A program made the translations under genes and the position numbers. A stretch of DNA of 63,872 nucleotides, filler included, from Octopus bimaculoides (Eukaryota), in NCBI RefSeq assembly GCF_001194135.2. It is 6 parts of 5 records of this genome, joined end to end, with 100 filler letters (N's around TTAATTAATTAA, not from the genome) between each part and the next. Parts side by side here need not be neighbours in the genome. Positions count along the whole stretch, not along the records: positions 1 to 27,982 come from NC_068996.1; 5 more parts are not named here. The stretch is one strand, 5' to 3'. The notes below the pieces were generated by a model. The model was not told where the DNA came from. It was given only the letters and a program-made list of their open reading frames with translations, and made no database searches. Shown piece by piece: positions 13,141 to 24,859 of the stretch (positions within the stretch are counted from its first letter, which is position 1; the number at the start of each line of letters is the position of its first letter).

Positions 13141-13394
13141 NTATTTGTAAGTCCTGGTGTTTTTGTTATGTATTTGTCTGAATATTTTTTTATTATACCT
13201 AAGGCACCTACTATGATAGGAATTGTTTTTGTTTTTAGATTCAACATTCGAGTTACCTCTATTTCCAGGTCTTTGTATTTTGAAAGTTTTTCTATTTCTT
13301 TTAGGGAAACGTTGTCATCTGCTGGTATTGATACATCAATTAGAAAGCATTTTTTTTCTTCATTATCTTTGACAACTATATCTGGTCTATTTGC

Positions 13395-13400
<6 letters not shown>
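13141..13400 (-). mobile_element. Second R4/Dong-like RLE fragment, 5'-truncated at (AAT)n
   Basis: ITANRPDIVVKDNEEKKCFLIDVSIPAD..EKLSKYKDLEIEV..PIIVGALG; begins directly at the (TTA)n run 13400-13455. Confidence 0.9.
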
Positions 13401-13455
<55 letters not shown>

Positions 13456-13651
13456 GTATGCCGCCAAATTGACACATAATTTTTGCCACTATTTATTTCG
13501 TTTTTGTAGTTCTTTTATATACTTTTTCAATTTTAAGTGAATATTTGTTGTAGTGGTTAAGAAAACATATGCAGACAACATCGTACACACATATATAAGT
13601 TCAGCATTTGATGCATCGATCCATCCATACAGGCACGAAAACATAGATATA

Positions 13652-14430
13652 CGAGGGGTTACCCAAAAGTAATCGGAAACGTTCATTGTGGGGCAAGTCC
13701 GATGTAGTTCAGGCTTCTGCCTCTAGAAGCCATTTGGTGCGATCCTCAGGCATCAGTCTGCCGACTAGCGGTGTCGAGTAAATTCCTACTGCTACTTGGT
13801 GCGACTTTGTTTTGCAGTATTTCTCCCCTGTTCGTCGATTTTTGCGATGGCTAAAACGATGAAACAGCGTGTTTTCGTGAAATTCTGTTTGCTGAGGAAA
13901 ACGGCAACCGAAATAGTTATGCTTCAAACATCTTACAAGGACGCTGCCATGAGCAAAACACAAGTTTACGACTGGTTTTCACTTTTTAAGAATGGTCACT
14001 TGTCGCTTGAAAACCAACCTCGACTAAGGCGGCCGCCGACCTTCCGAACATCACGAAAATTCATGAACTTATCTTGGAGGACCGTCACCGAAGAATTGAA
14101 GAACTTGATGATATGATTGGTGCGTTCTGGAGCACCTGCCAACGAACCCTTAGCGAGAAAATGTGAATGTAAAAAGTTGCAGCAAAATTTGTGCCTCGCT
14201 TGCTCACGGAAAATCAAAAGTAGTCACGACTGAATGCATGTCGTGAACTGAAAGAACAGTTGGAAGTTCTTCGACGGTCATCACTGATGACGAGAGCTGG
14301 AATTTGCAGATGAGGAAGAGGTGAAGAAAATGGCGGAGTTGTTAAATAGCATCACTTCGCAAAAGTTCTAGCACTTCTCCGATGCATTACTCCAAATGGT
14401 GTATGCTTAAATGCAGCTAACCACTAATAT
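13652..14430 (+). mobile_element. Decayed, internally deleted mariner transposon
   Basis: TIR TA|cgaggggttacccaaaagtaatcggaa; MAKTMKQRVFVKFCLL..VYDWFSLFKNGHLSLENQPR; same family as 29615-30530 and 48628-49245. Confidence 0.85.
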
Positions 14431-15143
14431 ACTTCATGGCAAATATACTTCACGTTGTCGTGCAGCTACTGTTTATACCTCGTTCAGAGATTTATTATTG
14501 ATTGTTTACACTTTTTCGAGATTAGTGACTTTTCGTCACTGGAAAAAGGNNNNNNNNNNNNNNNNNNNNNNNNNNNNNNNNNNNNNNNNNNNNNNNNNNN
14601 NNNNNNNNNNNNNNNNNNNNNNNNNNNNNNNNNNNNNNNNNNNNNNNNNNNNNNNNNNNNNNNNNNNNNNNNNNNNNNNNNNNNNNNNNNNNNNNNNNNN
14701 NNNNNNNNNNNNNNNNNNNNNNNNNNNNNNNNNNNNNNNNNNNNNNNNNNNNNNNNNNNNNNNNNNNNNNNNNNNNNNNNNNNNNNNNNNNNNNNNNNNN
14801 NNNNNNNNNNNNNNNNNNNNNNNNNNNNNNNNNNNNNNNNNNNNNNNNNNNNNNNNNNNNNNNNNNNNNNNNNNNNNNNNNNNNNNNNNNNNNNNNNNNN
14901 NNNNNNNNNNNNNNNNNNNNNNNNNNNNNNNNNNNNNNNNNNNNNNNNATATATATATATATATAACTACTATTGTTATTAGTACAGCTGGGGCCAATTT
15001 GCTTAATCTTTTCCTTATATCCAGCTTTATATAACACTGAGTTATAAAAGTCAGCGTTACTATGTATGTATGTATGTGTGTATTATGTATGTATATATGT
15101 ATGTGTGCATGTATATACATGTGAGAATTTTTAGAAACTTATT

Positions 15144-15231
15144 TTCCCTGATGAAGGAGGTGATACCCTATAATGGATGTAAATATTTTTTATATGACAG
15201 AACAACCGAACCCCTAGAAATGGCCGTAGGA
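15144..15231 (+). ncRNA. Hammerhead-like motif with long helix II insert
   Basis: TTCC-CTGATGA-AGG...CCT-A-GAAA-TGGCC-GTA-GGA; core intact, near-palindromic helix III ATGGCCGT, extra A before GAAA, short helix I. Confidence 0.5.
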
Positions 15232-15948
15232 TTATAAACTGGGTTATTAACACCCAAACTTTTTATCATCTAGACTCTTTTTATGACTTCATTTTATAAT
15301 CTGTACGTCGATTTATATATGTATTTAATATTTCAATATATTATTAATGTATATATCTATATATTTATATATTCTTATATGTATATTTTTAATGTATTGA
15401 TTACTCTATATATCTTTATATATTGCTATATTTTTGATATGTTTGATGTATTGAATATACTTTCAGGGGAAATCAGGCCTGTTGGGTCTAGGGCCGAATA
15501 AGTTTAAATGTATGTGTGAACATAATTTGCCTAACTTTGATTCTTCTACATTATTCTAACGCCTCAGTTTTAATATCTTGAGCGCTTCAAAGTGAAGTTT
15601 ATACATTGGAGGAAATACTTTTCCTCATAATCATATATATGTATGTATGTTTGTATGTATGTATGTATGCTTGTATGCACATATATGTATGCATGTATGT
15701 ATATATATGTATGTGGGTAAGTATAAATGCGTATATGTTTTTATGTTTGTACGTAGGTATTTATGTATGTTTGTATATATATGTATGTATGTTTGTATCC
15801 ACGTATGCACATATGTAGGCACATATGTATGCATATATGAACACTGCTGTGCATGTGCACTAACTTTGAACGTTCTAGATTACTTCCGCTGTTTACAGCA
15901 ATGCTTGGCGGGAAGGTGTGTAGCGTGTGATCGTCGCATTGACCATGA

Positions 15949-16030
15949 CAGAGAAAGTTGAGCAGAGAATCTGCATCAAATTTCGCTAGAAGCTTGGCGA
16001 TGCCTGCTAAGAGGCCTACACAATGTATTT
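15949..16030 (+). mobile_element. Mariner N-terminal fragment of another family
   Basis: MTEKVEQRICIKFR*KLG, typical mariner HTH start. Confidence 0.55.
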
Positions 16031-16049
16031 AAAAAGTCTTCATCGTTCT

Positions 16050-16900
16050 CGACACTATCAAGATCTTCTGCAACTAAAACCCAAGTCTCCTTTTGGTCAG
16101 CTGAAAGAATTTTTTTCTTTTAGACGAAAATAAAAGATTCTGCAATGTATTCGTATATAGAGACACCACTGCATATCAAGCTGCTTTTAAGGCCAAAATT
16201 TGTTTCTGATCTTCGTACCAAAATCCTTAGTCAGATCTACAAAGACAAGTAAGTATTTGGCTTTTTTCATGAAAGTTTGCAGGAACGTGACGCCGAAAGA
16301 AATGTTCCAGTGATTTGATCTACTAATCAAAGTAAGTGCTATTTATCAGGAGGCTTACTATTCTATCCATTATTACGTAAAAGAAGATTTCGCTAGAATT
16401 TCTTTAAAGTGAGAAAGGCTGCGTTAAATTGTCACAAATAACTTTTTCTGCCTTTATTCTTAAAGAAGTGCTTTATAGAAGTACTGATGAATATAGCAGA
16501 CTGCCTAAGTTAATTAACTGATGAATATAGCAGACTGTCTAAGTTAATTAAAAATAACGCAACGAATTTCTAAGTCTGCCTTTTTGCTCCGAACTTTTAG
16601 AATTCTGAAAAAAGTTTACATTCTTTTCTAAGTTGCTCGATGGAACCCTGGTCTTCTTTGAATCATTGCTCACAATACAGCTGATCTATTTCTAGGCTTC
16701 TTAGGAAAAGTGGTAATGATCTTATCGTCTATTGTAAATGTGTTATTAACGGTAGTGTCAAAAATGTTCTTTCCAACATCATAGAGTGTCTTTCTTATCA
16801 ATGAGCAGTATCTAGTCATCAGAAGATGGTTGAAGTGAGGTGCCATATTCCTTCGGACCATGCAGTGTTTTAAGATCTTCATCGAAGGTCTTAGTACCCT
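16050..16900 (-). mobile_element. Decayed RTE-clade LINE fragment (linker plus start of RT)
   Basis: Frameshifted LLIDKKDTL*CWKEHF/DTTVNNTFTIDDKIITTFPKKP and LVFVDLTKDFGTKIRNKFW (compare FVDLTKAFD). Confidence 0.65.
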
Positions 16901-17045
16901 TTTCTGTTAAAAAGAGCCAGTAGTTAAGCTGAATTATAAATTATTTTGCGATAATACTCAATTAGAGAAAGTAGTATGATGCGGTGAATATATAAATGAA
17001 TGCATTTATACACGGACAACAATTACATTCAGTTTGCTTGTGCTA

Positions 17046-17774
17046 CCAAGTTGAGTCAAAAGTGTTTTTCGGATTTTCACTAATGATTTTTGGCAACTTG
17101 TATCTCCATGATATATCATAAATTTCATGGAACTTGTTTTACAATCTTTGCTGAACTGTCTATTCTTTATTTTCATATATAACATATAAACACTGTTTAT
17201 TCTTTGTAATTCTTTGTTATACAGCTTCTAAAATGAGTGGTGAAAAAATAGCGACTAGAACCATTTTACGCCATAGTTGGAAGAAAGGATTGAATGCAAG
17301 GGCAGCGGCAAAAGAAATTGATGATGTGGAAGGCCCGGGAACCAACAACGAACCGTGTGGCATGAAACGGGTTCAGACGTTTCAAGGAAGGTGACACGTA
17401 TCTCGAAAACAGACCATGATCAAGGAGACCTTCTGTTTCCTTGAAATGACTGAACAACCAGGCACAAGCACTCTTAGAATTATCGAGAGAATTTGGTCTT
17501 TCACAAAGTACCATTAATCAACACCTCCATAAACTTGGCTTTGAGAATAGATGCAGTCGAGAACTGACCAACGATCAAGTTCAAAGATATGTGAATATCT
17601 GCAAACAAATGCAGCCGAATGGCATAAGGGTGGAATTGAGCTTCTGGCACAACGATGGTAGCAGGCAGCAGAATATGACGGGATTTATTTTGATGAACAA
17701 ACGCCTTTCACATTTAATTTGTTTGAACTATCAATTAAAGCCTGAACTACCAACAAACTTTTGATTCAACCTAG
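17046..17774 (+). mobile_element. Internally deleted mariner with both TIRs and TA target duplication
   Basis: TA|ccaagttgagtcaaaagt ... acttttgattcaacctag|TA; MSGEKIATRTILRHSWKKGLNARAAAKEI..FRRFKEGD fused to a C-terminal remnant. Confidence 0.8.
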
Positions 17775-18088
17775 TAGATCTGTTTCATATCTATTTTTTC
17801 ATCTTATAAGCTACTCCCATTCTTACATTGCAGAATCTTTTATTTTCATCTAAAAGAAAAAAATTCTTACGTACCTATGTAACTTAATGTAACTTAATGT
17901 TTTTATGCATGTGTATGCTTGTACGAGCTCATGCTTGTTTACACATGTGTGTATGTGTGTGTGTGCGTATCTATGTGCGTTGCTCACTTGCATTATGTCT
18001 GAGCGTTTGTATACGAATAGATTTTTTGTGCCGGTCGTTCAGAAAAAAAAATGAGCATTCATATGTCGTCTTCCATCATATACACGAG

Positions 18089-18129
<41 letters not shown>

Positions 18130-18572
18130 CTAAAACTCGCGATTTCAATCAAATTTTACACATGCCTTACTTAAGGTCCGTGCAGTGCCACGGATCAAAA
18201 CATTTTCGATTTCTTGCCTAATGCGATCCCGGAACAATTTCTTATCTCTTACAATATTTCAGTATTACGAGTCAAAAGTGAAACAATAACATCTCTATTG
18301 TAATGTGAGACTTTCAGTTTAATACTTTCACTATTAATAATTTCAATATGTATATAATATATACATAATGAAACTATTAATAATGACACTATTATATCAC
18401 AAATATGCATGCGTATATATATATATATATATATAAATTTATATAAGGGCATTACTATACAATAATGCCTCACACTATGAGAGACTCTAAGGTCAGACTA
18501 CCATAAAAAACACATTTTTACCGAAAGCGAGGAAATGTAACTCTCAAAGCCAACCCCTTAAAACAGGCTGAA

Positions 18573-18631
18573 TTATAGATCATAATTTCGTAGTTATTGT
18601 AGTATTATACAACTTCTACTCGTCAGTATAA
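18573..18631 (-). ncRNA. Type-I hammerhead ribozyme with full consensus core
   Basis: Minus strand: TTATA-CTGACGA-GTAG-AAGTTGTATAATACTACAATAA-CTAC-GAAA-TTATGA-TC-TATAA; helix I TTATA/TATAA, helix II GTAG/CTAC, AUC triplet. Confidence 0.85.
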
Positions 18632-18926
18632 TATGGTCAAGAAAAATAGCTGTAAACAGAGAATCAACATACCAAACGAACACCGTGTATCCAATATAGC
18701 ATATTGAATTTAAATATATTACCAGAATATATTTAGTGCTGGATTTATTCTGAGAAAAAAGCACATTTACCGAGATGCAATTCGAAATTCCCGCCACTTA
18801 CATTGGGAAATAGCGATAAACTGTTTTCTATATGCTATATTGGATACACGGTGTTCGTTTGGTATGTTGATTCTCTGTTTACTGCTATTTTTCTTGACCA
18901 TATTATACTGACGAGTAGAGGTTGTA
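18608..18926. repeat. 96-bp inverted repeat (arms 18608-18703 and 18831-18926) carrying the 5' half of the HHR
   Basis: Arms differ at 2 of 96 positions; 127-bp spacer; right arm runs into an N-gap. Confidence 0.9.
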
Positions 18927-19518
18927 NNNNNNNNNNNNNNNNNNNNNNNNNNNNNNNNNNNNNNNNNNNNNNNNNNNNNNNNNNNNNNNNNNNNNNNNNN
19001 NNNNNNNNNNNNNNNNNNNNNNNNNNNNNNNNNNNNNNNNNNNNNNNNNNNNNNNNNNNNNNNNNNNNNNNNNNNNNNNNNNNNNNNNNNNNNNNNNNNN
19101 NNNNNNNNNNNNNNNNNNNNNNNNNNNNNNNNNNNNNNNNNNNNNNNNNNNNNNNNNNNNNNNNNNNNNNNNNNNNNNNNNNNNNNNNNNNNNNNNNNNN
19201 NNNNNNNNNNNNNNNNNNNNNNNNNNNNNNNNNNNNNNNNNNNNNNNNNNNNNNNNNNNNNNNNNNNNNNNNNNNNNNNNNNNNNNNNNNNNNNNNNNNN
19301 NNNNNNNNNNNNNNNNNNNNNNNNNNNNNNNNNNNNNNNNNNNNNNNNNNNNNNNNNNNNNNNNNNNNNNNNNNNNNNNNNNNNNNNNNNNNNNNNNNNN
19401 NNNNNNNNNNNNNNNNNNNNNNNNNNNNNNNNNNNNNNNNNNNNNNNNNNNNNNNNNNNNNNNNNNNNNNNNNNNNNNNNNNNNNNNNNNNNNNNNNNNN
19501 NNNNNNNNNNNNNNNNNN

Positions 19519-19555
<37 letters not shown>

Positions 19556-19671
19556 CATATATATAGATGTATATGTATAGGTGTATATGTATATGGTGGA
19601 ATATGTATATGGTGATTGTCTAGTCCTTATGCAGAGTTTGACTACATCCTGTACCTACACCTTAGAACCAT

Positions 19672-19856
19672 CAGGAATTTGATGTGGCTTTCTAAACCAG
19701 ACAATGTTCCGAAAAGACACCCACATATATTGCACATCCGATTTGGACCACCAAGAGCTGCAAATAAATTCTGATCTTTGTGGATCTTAAAATGTCTTTT
19801 GAGGCCTCCATTAGATTTGCAAACTTTCTGGCATATATTGCATTCAAAGGTCTGCA
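19672..19856 (-). pseudogene. Isolated pair of C2H2-like fingers, probably a retroelement C-terminal relic
   Basis: [21 protein letters not shown] and a degenerate [20 protein letters not shown]; no TGEKP linker. Confidence 0.5.
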
Positions 19857-20092
19857 AATACTTGTATATATATAAGATATTTAAGTATATATATATGTAT
19901 ATATGTATATATTTATATATATATATTATATGTGTGTATATGTATGTATGCATGTATATTATATGCATAAATATATGTATACATGTATATATGTCTATAT
20001 ATATGTGTACATATATATGTATATAGATGTATACGTATAAATATATAAGTATTGATATATATAGAGAGATTTATATGTATATATGTACGTAC

Positions 20093-20138
<46 letters not shown>

Positions 20139-20682
20139 CTATGTATATATGTATATATANNNNNNNNNNNNNNNNNNNNNNNNNNNNNNNNNNNNNNNNN
20201 NNNNNNNNNNNNNNNNNNNNNNNNNNNNNNNNNNNNNNNNNNNNNNNNNNNNNNNNNNNNNNNNNNNNNNNNNNNNNNNNNNNNNNNNNNNNNNNNNNNN
20301 NNNNNNNNNNNNNNNNNNNNNNNNNNNNNNNNNNNNNNNNNNNNNNNNNNNNNNNNNNNNNNNNNNNNNNNNNNNNNNNNNNNNNNNNNNNNNNNNNNNN
20401 NNNNNNNNNNNNNNNNNNNNNNNNNNNNNNNNNNNNNNNNNNNNNNNNNNNNNNNNNNNNNNNNNNNNNNNNNNNNNNNNNNNNNNNNNNNNNNNNNNNG
20501 TGTGTGTGTGTGTGTGTGTGTGTGTGTGCATATGTATATACTGATACTGTATAAGTAGTTTGAGTATATATATGTGTATATATATATATATGTGTATATA
20601 TATATATGTGTATATATGTGTATATATTTATATATCTATGTATATATGTATATATATATGTGTGTGTGTGTACATATATATG

Positions 20683-20713
<31 letters not shown>

Positions 20714-21134
20714 GTTTGTATATATATATATGGATGTATATCTATACATGTATATGTGTATATGTAAATGCATATATGTATATATGTATATATGTATATG
20801 TATATGCATATATATATATATGTATGTGTGTGTGTGTGTGTATAGATCCAAACTGTAAAACGTGACATTGTGCTATTAATATATCGTTGTGTGCATTAAT
20901 CGCATGATTTTGTACTCAGAATTTTAATTTTTATCATTACCATTTCATTTTTAATTCATAACCTTTATTTTCTGTATTTATGTGTATACATTTTTTTTTA
21001 AAATTCACATATAGGTATATACACGCGCACGTGCACACACACACACACATATGGCTGTATATGCATATATATATATATATACGTATGTAACTTATAAATG
21101 CATATATGNNNNNNNNNNTCAATGATTTGTTAGG

Positions 21135-21172
<38 letters not shown>

Positions 21173-21788
21173 TGTGTGTGTGTGTGTGTATAAGTGTGCG
21201 CGCGCGTGTTTGTGTTTGTGTGTGTGTGTTTGTGTCTGTTTGTGTGCGTGTGCATATGTATATACTGATAATGTATAAGTAGTTTGAGTATACTCATGAG
21301 TAGTTTGAGTACACATGTGCAGAAAAGCTAGCTTACACTACCAAGTTTCCTAATTTTTAATTCCGAAATATCAAAATAAAAGAAAAATTGAAAAACAATT
21401 ATTTCTTATAACCTACATTGTTTGGGCTTTTTCACCAGTATAAATACATTTACTCTACATCACACAAGGTTTCATATAAACTATACTGCTCTACTGTCTA
21501 TGTATATTTATAATATATGTATAAGCATGAAAAGTATTTTTCTAAAAATCAAGACCAACCCTGTAAAATAACTTTGCCTTTATTTGTTCTTATCAATGAC
21601 CTTCACCTTAACAGTCAAATCTAATAGATTATTACCAGGATGAATAAGTTAATGTCAAGTATTTCCTTCCCATGACTGCATTTCCTTTTGCTTACAAATT
21701 CTATACAAAGCTTTTCTTCTGTACCTTACACTTTATCTATACTTTTGTTCACTACTTTAATCTACCACTTCTACTCTTCCTCATTTAC

Positions 21789-21824
<36 letters not shown>

Positions 21825-22324
21825 AAAACTATATATTACTGAACACTGTTTTGATTAGTAAATATCGACGAAAATTAAATATTAACATTTCATTTTTGAA
21901 CCAGTATTGAGATCTTTAATTCATGCATTTTTAAAATGTACATTAATACGCAAACATATCCAACAATCATATATACATGCATATATTTCATCATATATAT
22001 TTGCCAACTAAACGAATGCACAATATATTCGTCCTTCACTTCAGGTTTATTATTGTTCTTACTTTAGTGTCCTTTGTCTGAAGTCTTTTGTCTGAAATTT
22101 TTCGCCACACATCCTGTGACTTCTTCAGCGATTCTCCACGTGTGTCTAGTTGGCAAATAATGCGTGTATTTATTTGGCAAAATAGTAATGACCATCCTGA
22201 TATATATGTATAAAATTGAACGTCAGACTTCCATGATGGCATGAGTTGAACGGTTCGACGGGATCCGACTAGAAAGAGGACTACGTCGAGCTCCAGTATC
22301 CGTAAACTGATTAATCATAAATAC

Positions 22325-22590
22325 TGCTTGGCTCGATGATGACAGAGTATCGGAAAGAGAAGTAGAGAAAAGAGCCAGATGTGATGATTTGAAGTGAGAA
22401 ATAAAAAGAGTGTGGTCATTGAAGAGGGTGAATTCTGTATATGTTGTTGTTGGAGACTTGGATACTATAAGTACCATGTTCACAAACTGGATTGAAAAGA
22501 CAGGAGTAAATATGAAGAAAGAGTGTTTACAGGAAGCAGTATTGCTTGAAACTGCACGAATCCTTCGCAGAGTTCTTGAAATCTGAATAA
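22325..22590 (+). mobile_element. R4/Dong-like RLE C-terminal fragment
   Basis: RVSEREVEKRARCDDLK*EIKRVW..VVVGDL..LQEAVLLETARILRRVLEI*. Confidence 0.75.
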
Positions 22591-22619
22591 CGAATATTAC
22601 CTTAGTTCAGCACATCGTT

Positions 22620-23190
22620 AGAGAATGCCCGAAACCTGCAAAATGCGAATACAAAAGAGGACATGACAGTGATCTATTGGCAACTCTGTGGTATGAGCAA
22701 ACCTCAGAAGGAGTCACCGAGAATGAAGATTACAAAATCCTGTGGGATGCAATAATTCAGTATGATCACCTGACCAGACATCGGAAACCGGACATCGTTG
22801 TGGTGAATAAAAAAAGAAAGAACATGTATTATAATCGACATAGGGTGCCCTGGTTACAACAGTATCAATGTGAAAGAAGAAGAAAACTGAACCACGATGA
22901 TTTGAAATGGGAAGTACGAAGATTGTAGACAATGAGGAGAGTTGACATGATACCAGTAGTAATTAGCGCACTTGGAAGTATCAGCACTGAACTACCAACA
23001 TGGCTCGAAAGGTTGGTACAAATGTAAAGGTAGAACACCTAAAAAATGAGCATTGCTTGGAACTGCAAGAAATATTCACAGGGTTCTTGAAGCATGACCA
23101 GTAAAAAAAGTGTCACCTTAATTTACTGGTTGTGGACAGCTGACACTTTCCATCATACCCAGCAATATAAGCTGAGAATTTTCATCAAAT
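22620..23190 (+). mobile_element. R4/Dong-like fragment (zinc-knuckle end plus RLE plus 3' UTR) ending in aataataat
   Basis: ECPKPAKCEYKRGHD..ENEDYKILWD..HRKPDIVVVNK..IPVVISALGSI. Confidence 0.8.
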
Positions 23191-23481
23191 AATAATGACA
23201 TCAATACCCACGTTTTCTACCACAACAATATTTTCAACCTTGATCAAATTATTTGTTTGGGTGATGCTTTTTATTCTGATGTATTTCAGAATTTCATTCA
23301 CATTTTTCGTTTCTTGGTTCAATTTCCACCTATCAACTTTTTTAAGATTGCAAATAATGTCGCTATCGTTCTCCTGTAGTCTTGCCTTTATTTTGTCGTA
23401 GATTGCCTTTCGCCCATCTGTAATGTCACCATTAGTTTTATTGTCTTGTTCCAAACCATCTATATGTCTTTCATCAAGCAA
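23190..23481 (-). mobile_element. Probable N-terminal fragment of an R4/Dong-like LINE in the opposite orientation
   Basis: LKKVDRWKLNQETKNVNEILKYIRIKSITQTNNLI resembles the pre-RT region of these elements; meets the preceding copy at a TAA run. Confidence 0.45.
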
Positions 23482-23519
23482 GCTATCACTGTCCCTTTCG
23501 TGTGGTTTATTAGCGATCT

Positions 23520-24328
23520 AATCATCCGTCTTCAAACGGCCTAGCAGAATGAGCTGTTCAGACGGTAAAGAATGGATTGAAAAAGAAAAGTACCGGAAAC
23601 CTTCAGACTAAACTGGATCGTTAACTTTTTGCCTATCGCACAACCCCAACTGAATCTACAGGTAAGTCTCCAGCTGAGATGTTGTGTGGTCGCAATCTTC
23701 AAACAAGATTCAACTTTTTATTCTCGTCATCACACAAAAAAACATTGAAGAAAAAGAAACATGAATGAATGCAAAGAACAAAGAAGGGCCACAATTGAAA
23801 GCGTCCGATGCTGGTATACTCGATTTCCCAATGAGCCGTGTTGGCAACCAGCAACAGTAGATGAAACTTTTGGAAGTTTAATCAATTTGCGTTTACCAAG
23901 GGGTCAAGTTGTGCGCAGACATTCGGATCGCATTCGATCTCGAATAACAAACGCAACGAATGAATGATCAAACGGAAGTAAACGAGGAAGCTGGGTCAAT
24001 TTCAACTGGTGAAAGCGACAGTTTGGATGAAAGAGAAACAACTAACAACCCTAGAATGCGACGATCAGGGCGTATATCAAAACCTGTTGACCGGTATCAG
24101 GGTCTGACATAAAATATCAACTAGGAGAGAAAAGAATGTTACAATTTGAATTTACGTCTACATGTCATGAGTCATTCAGTTTATCGCGCGCGCGCGCGAT
24201 GGTTAATTCTGTTTGGTTCTTTTGCAATTTGTTTTGCAAGAATAAATGTTTTTTTTTCTTTTTAAGCCAGTCTTATCCACAGTGTACGTTCAGTGTTCTG
24301 TTTTCATTAGGTTATGGCCTGAATTACA
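23520..24328 (+). mobile_element. Gypsy-like LTR retrotransposon 3' end: integrase tail, PPT and short 3' LTR
   Basis: LFAYRTTPTESTGKSPAEMLCGRNLQTRF..RRHSDRIR..MRRSGRISKPVDRY; PPT aggagagaaaagaa 24123-24136; LTR TGTTAC(24137)...AATAAA...TTACA (about 24328). Confidence 0.8.
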
Positions 24329-24354
24329 TATTACTGAAATAGAACTGGTACTTA

Positions 24355-24472
24355 TTTATTATTATTATTATCATTATTATTATCATTATTATTATTGTGG
24401 CTGTTGTTATTATTGTTATTATTATTAGTATTATTGCTGTTGTTATTATTGTTATTATTATTATTATTGCTG

Positions 24473-24541
<69 letters not shown>
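24355..24541. repeat. Long (TTA/TTG)n microsatellite
   Basis: Direct reading. Confidence 0.95.
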
Positions 24542-24543
<2 letters not shown>

Positions 24544-24859
24544 TCATTTTATCACAGGTTTTGCTGGAAATCCTGGAGTCTTGCATGTGCAGCCGGATTG
24601 CCATCTGCAGCCTACGGTACAATGCTATCCCTTCTTTTCAATTATCTAATACGTTGCTGGTTATTCTGGCCGTGCCAAGGAGGCGATTCTTTTGTAATAT
24701 TTCTACTGGGCACTCTATTCCAATTTCCTTTATATTGCTTTTGGTGCCTTCTGATACTGTCACAAGGACCCAACATTAATTGGCACTATCTTCACATTCT
24801 TCATTTTCCATAGCCGGGCTACTCGTACTTAAGAGTGTTATATCTATCTATTTTTTCGC

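Noticed and set aside
14278-14305. CTGATGA in the mariner
   Set aside because: It is the coding sequence of the ITGDE-like catalytic motif, not a ribozyme.
16483-16550. Two CTGATGA cores in tandem
   Set aside because: This is a 34-bp tandem duplication with no helix II and no GAAA/NUH, so it is not an HHR.
24555-24660. Acceptor-like tttatcacag followed by an open frame (GFAGNPGVLHVQPD..)
   Set aside because: The apparent polypyrimidine context is only the (TTA)n repeat, the donor is weak and no homology is recognised.
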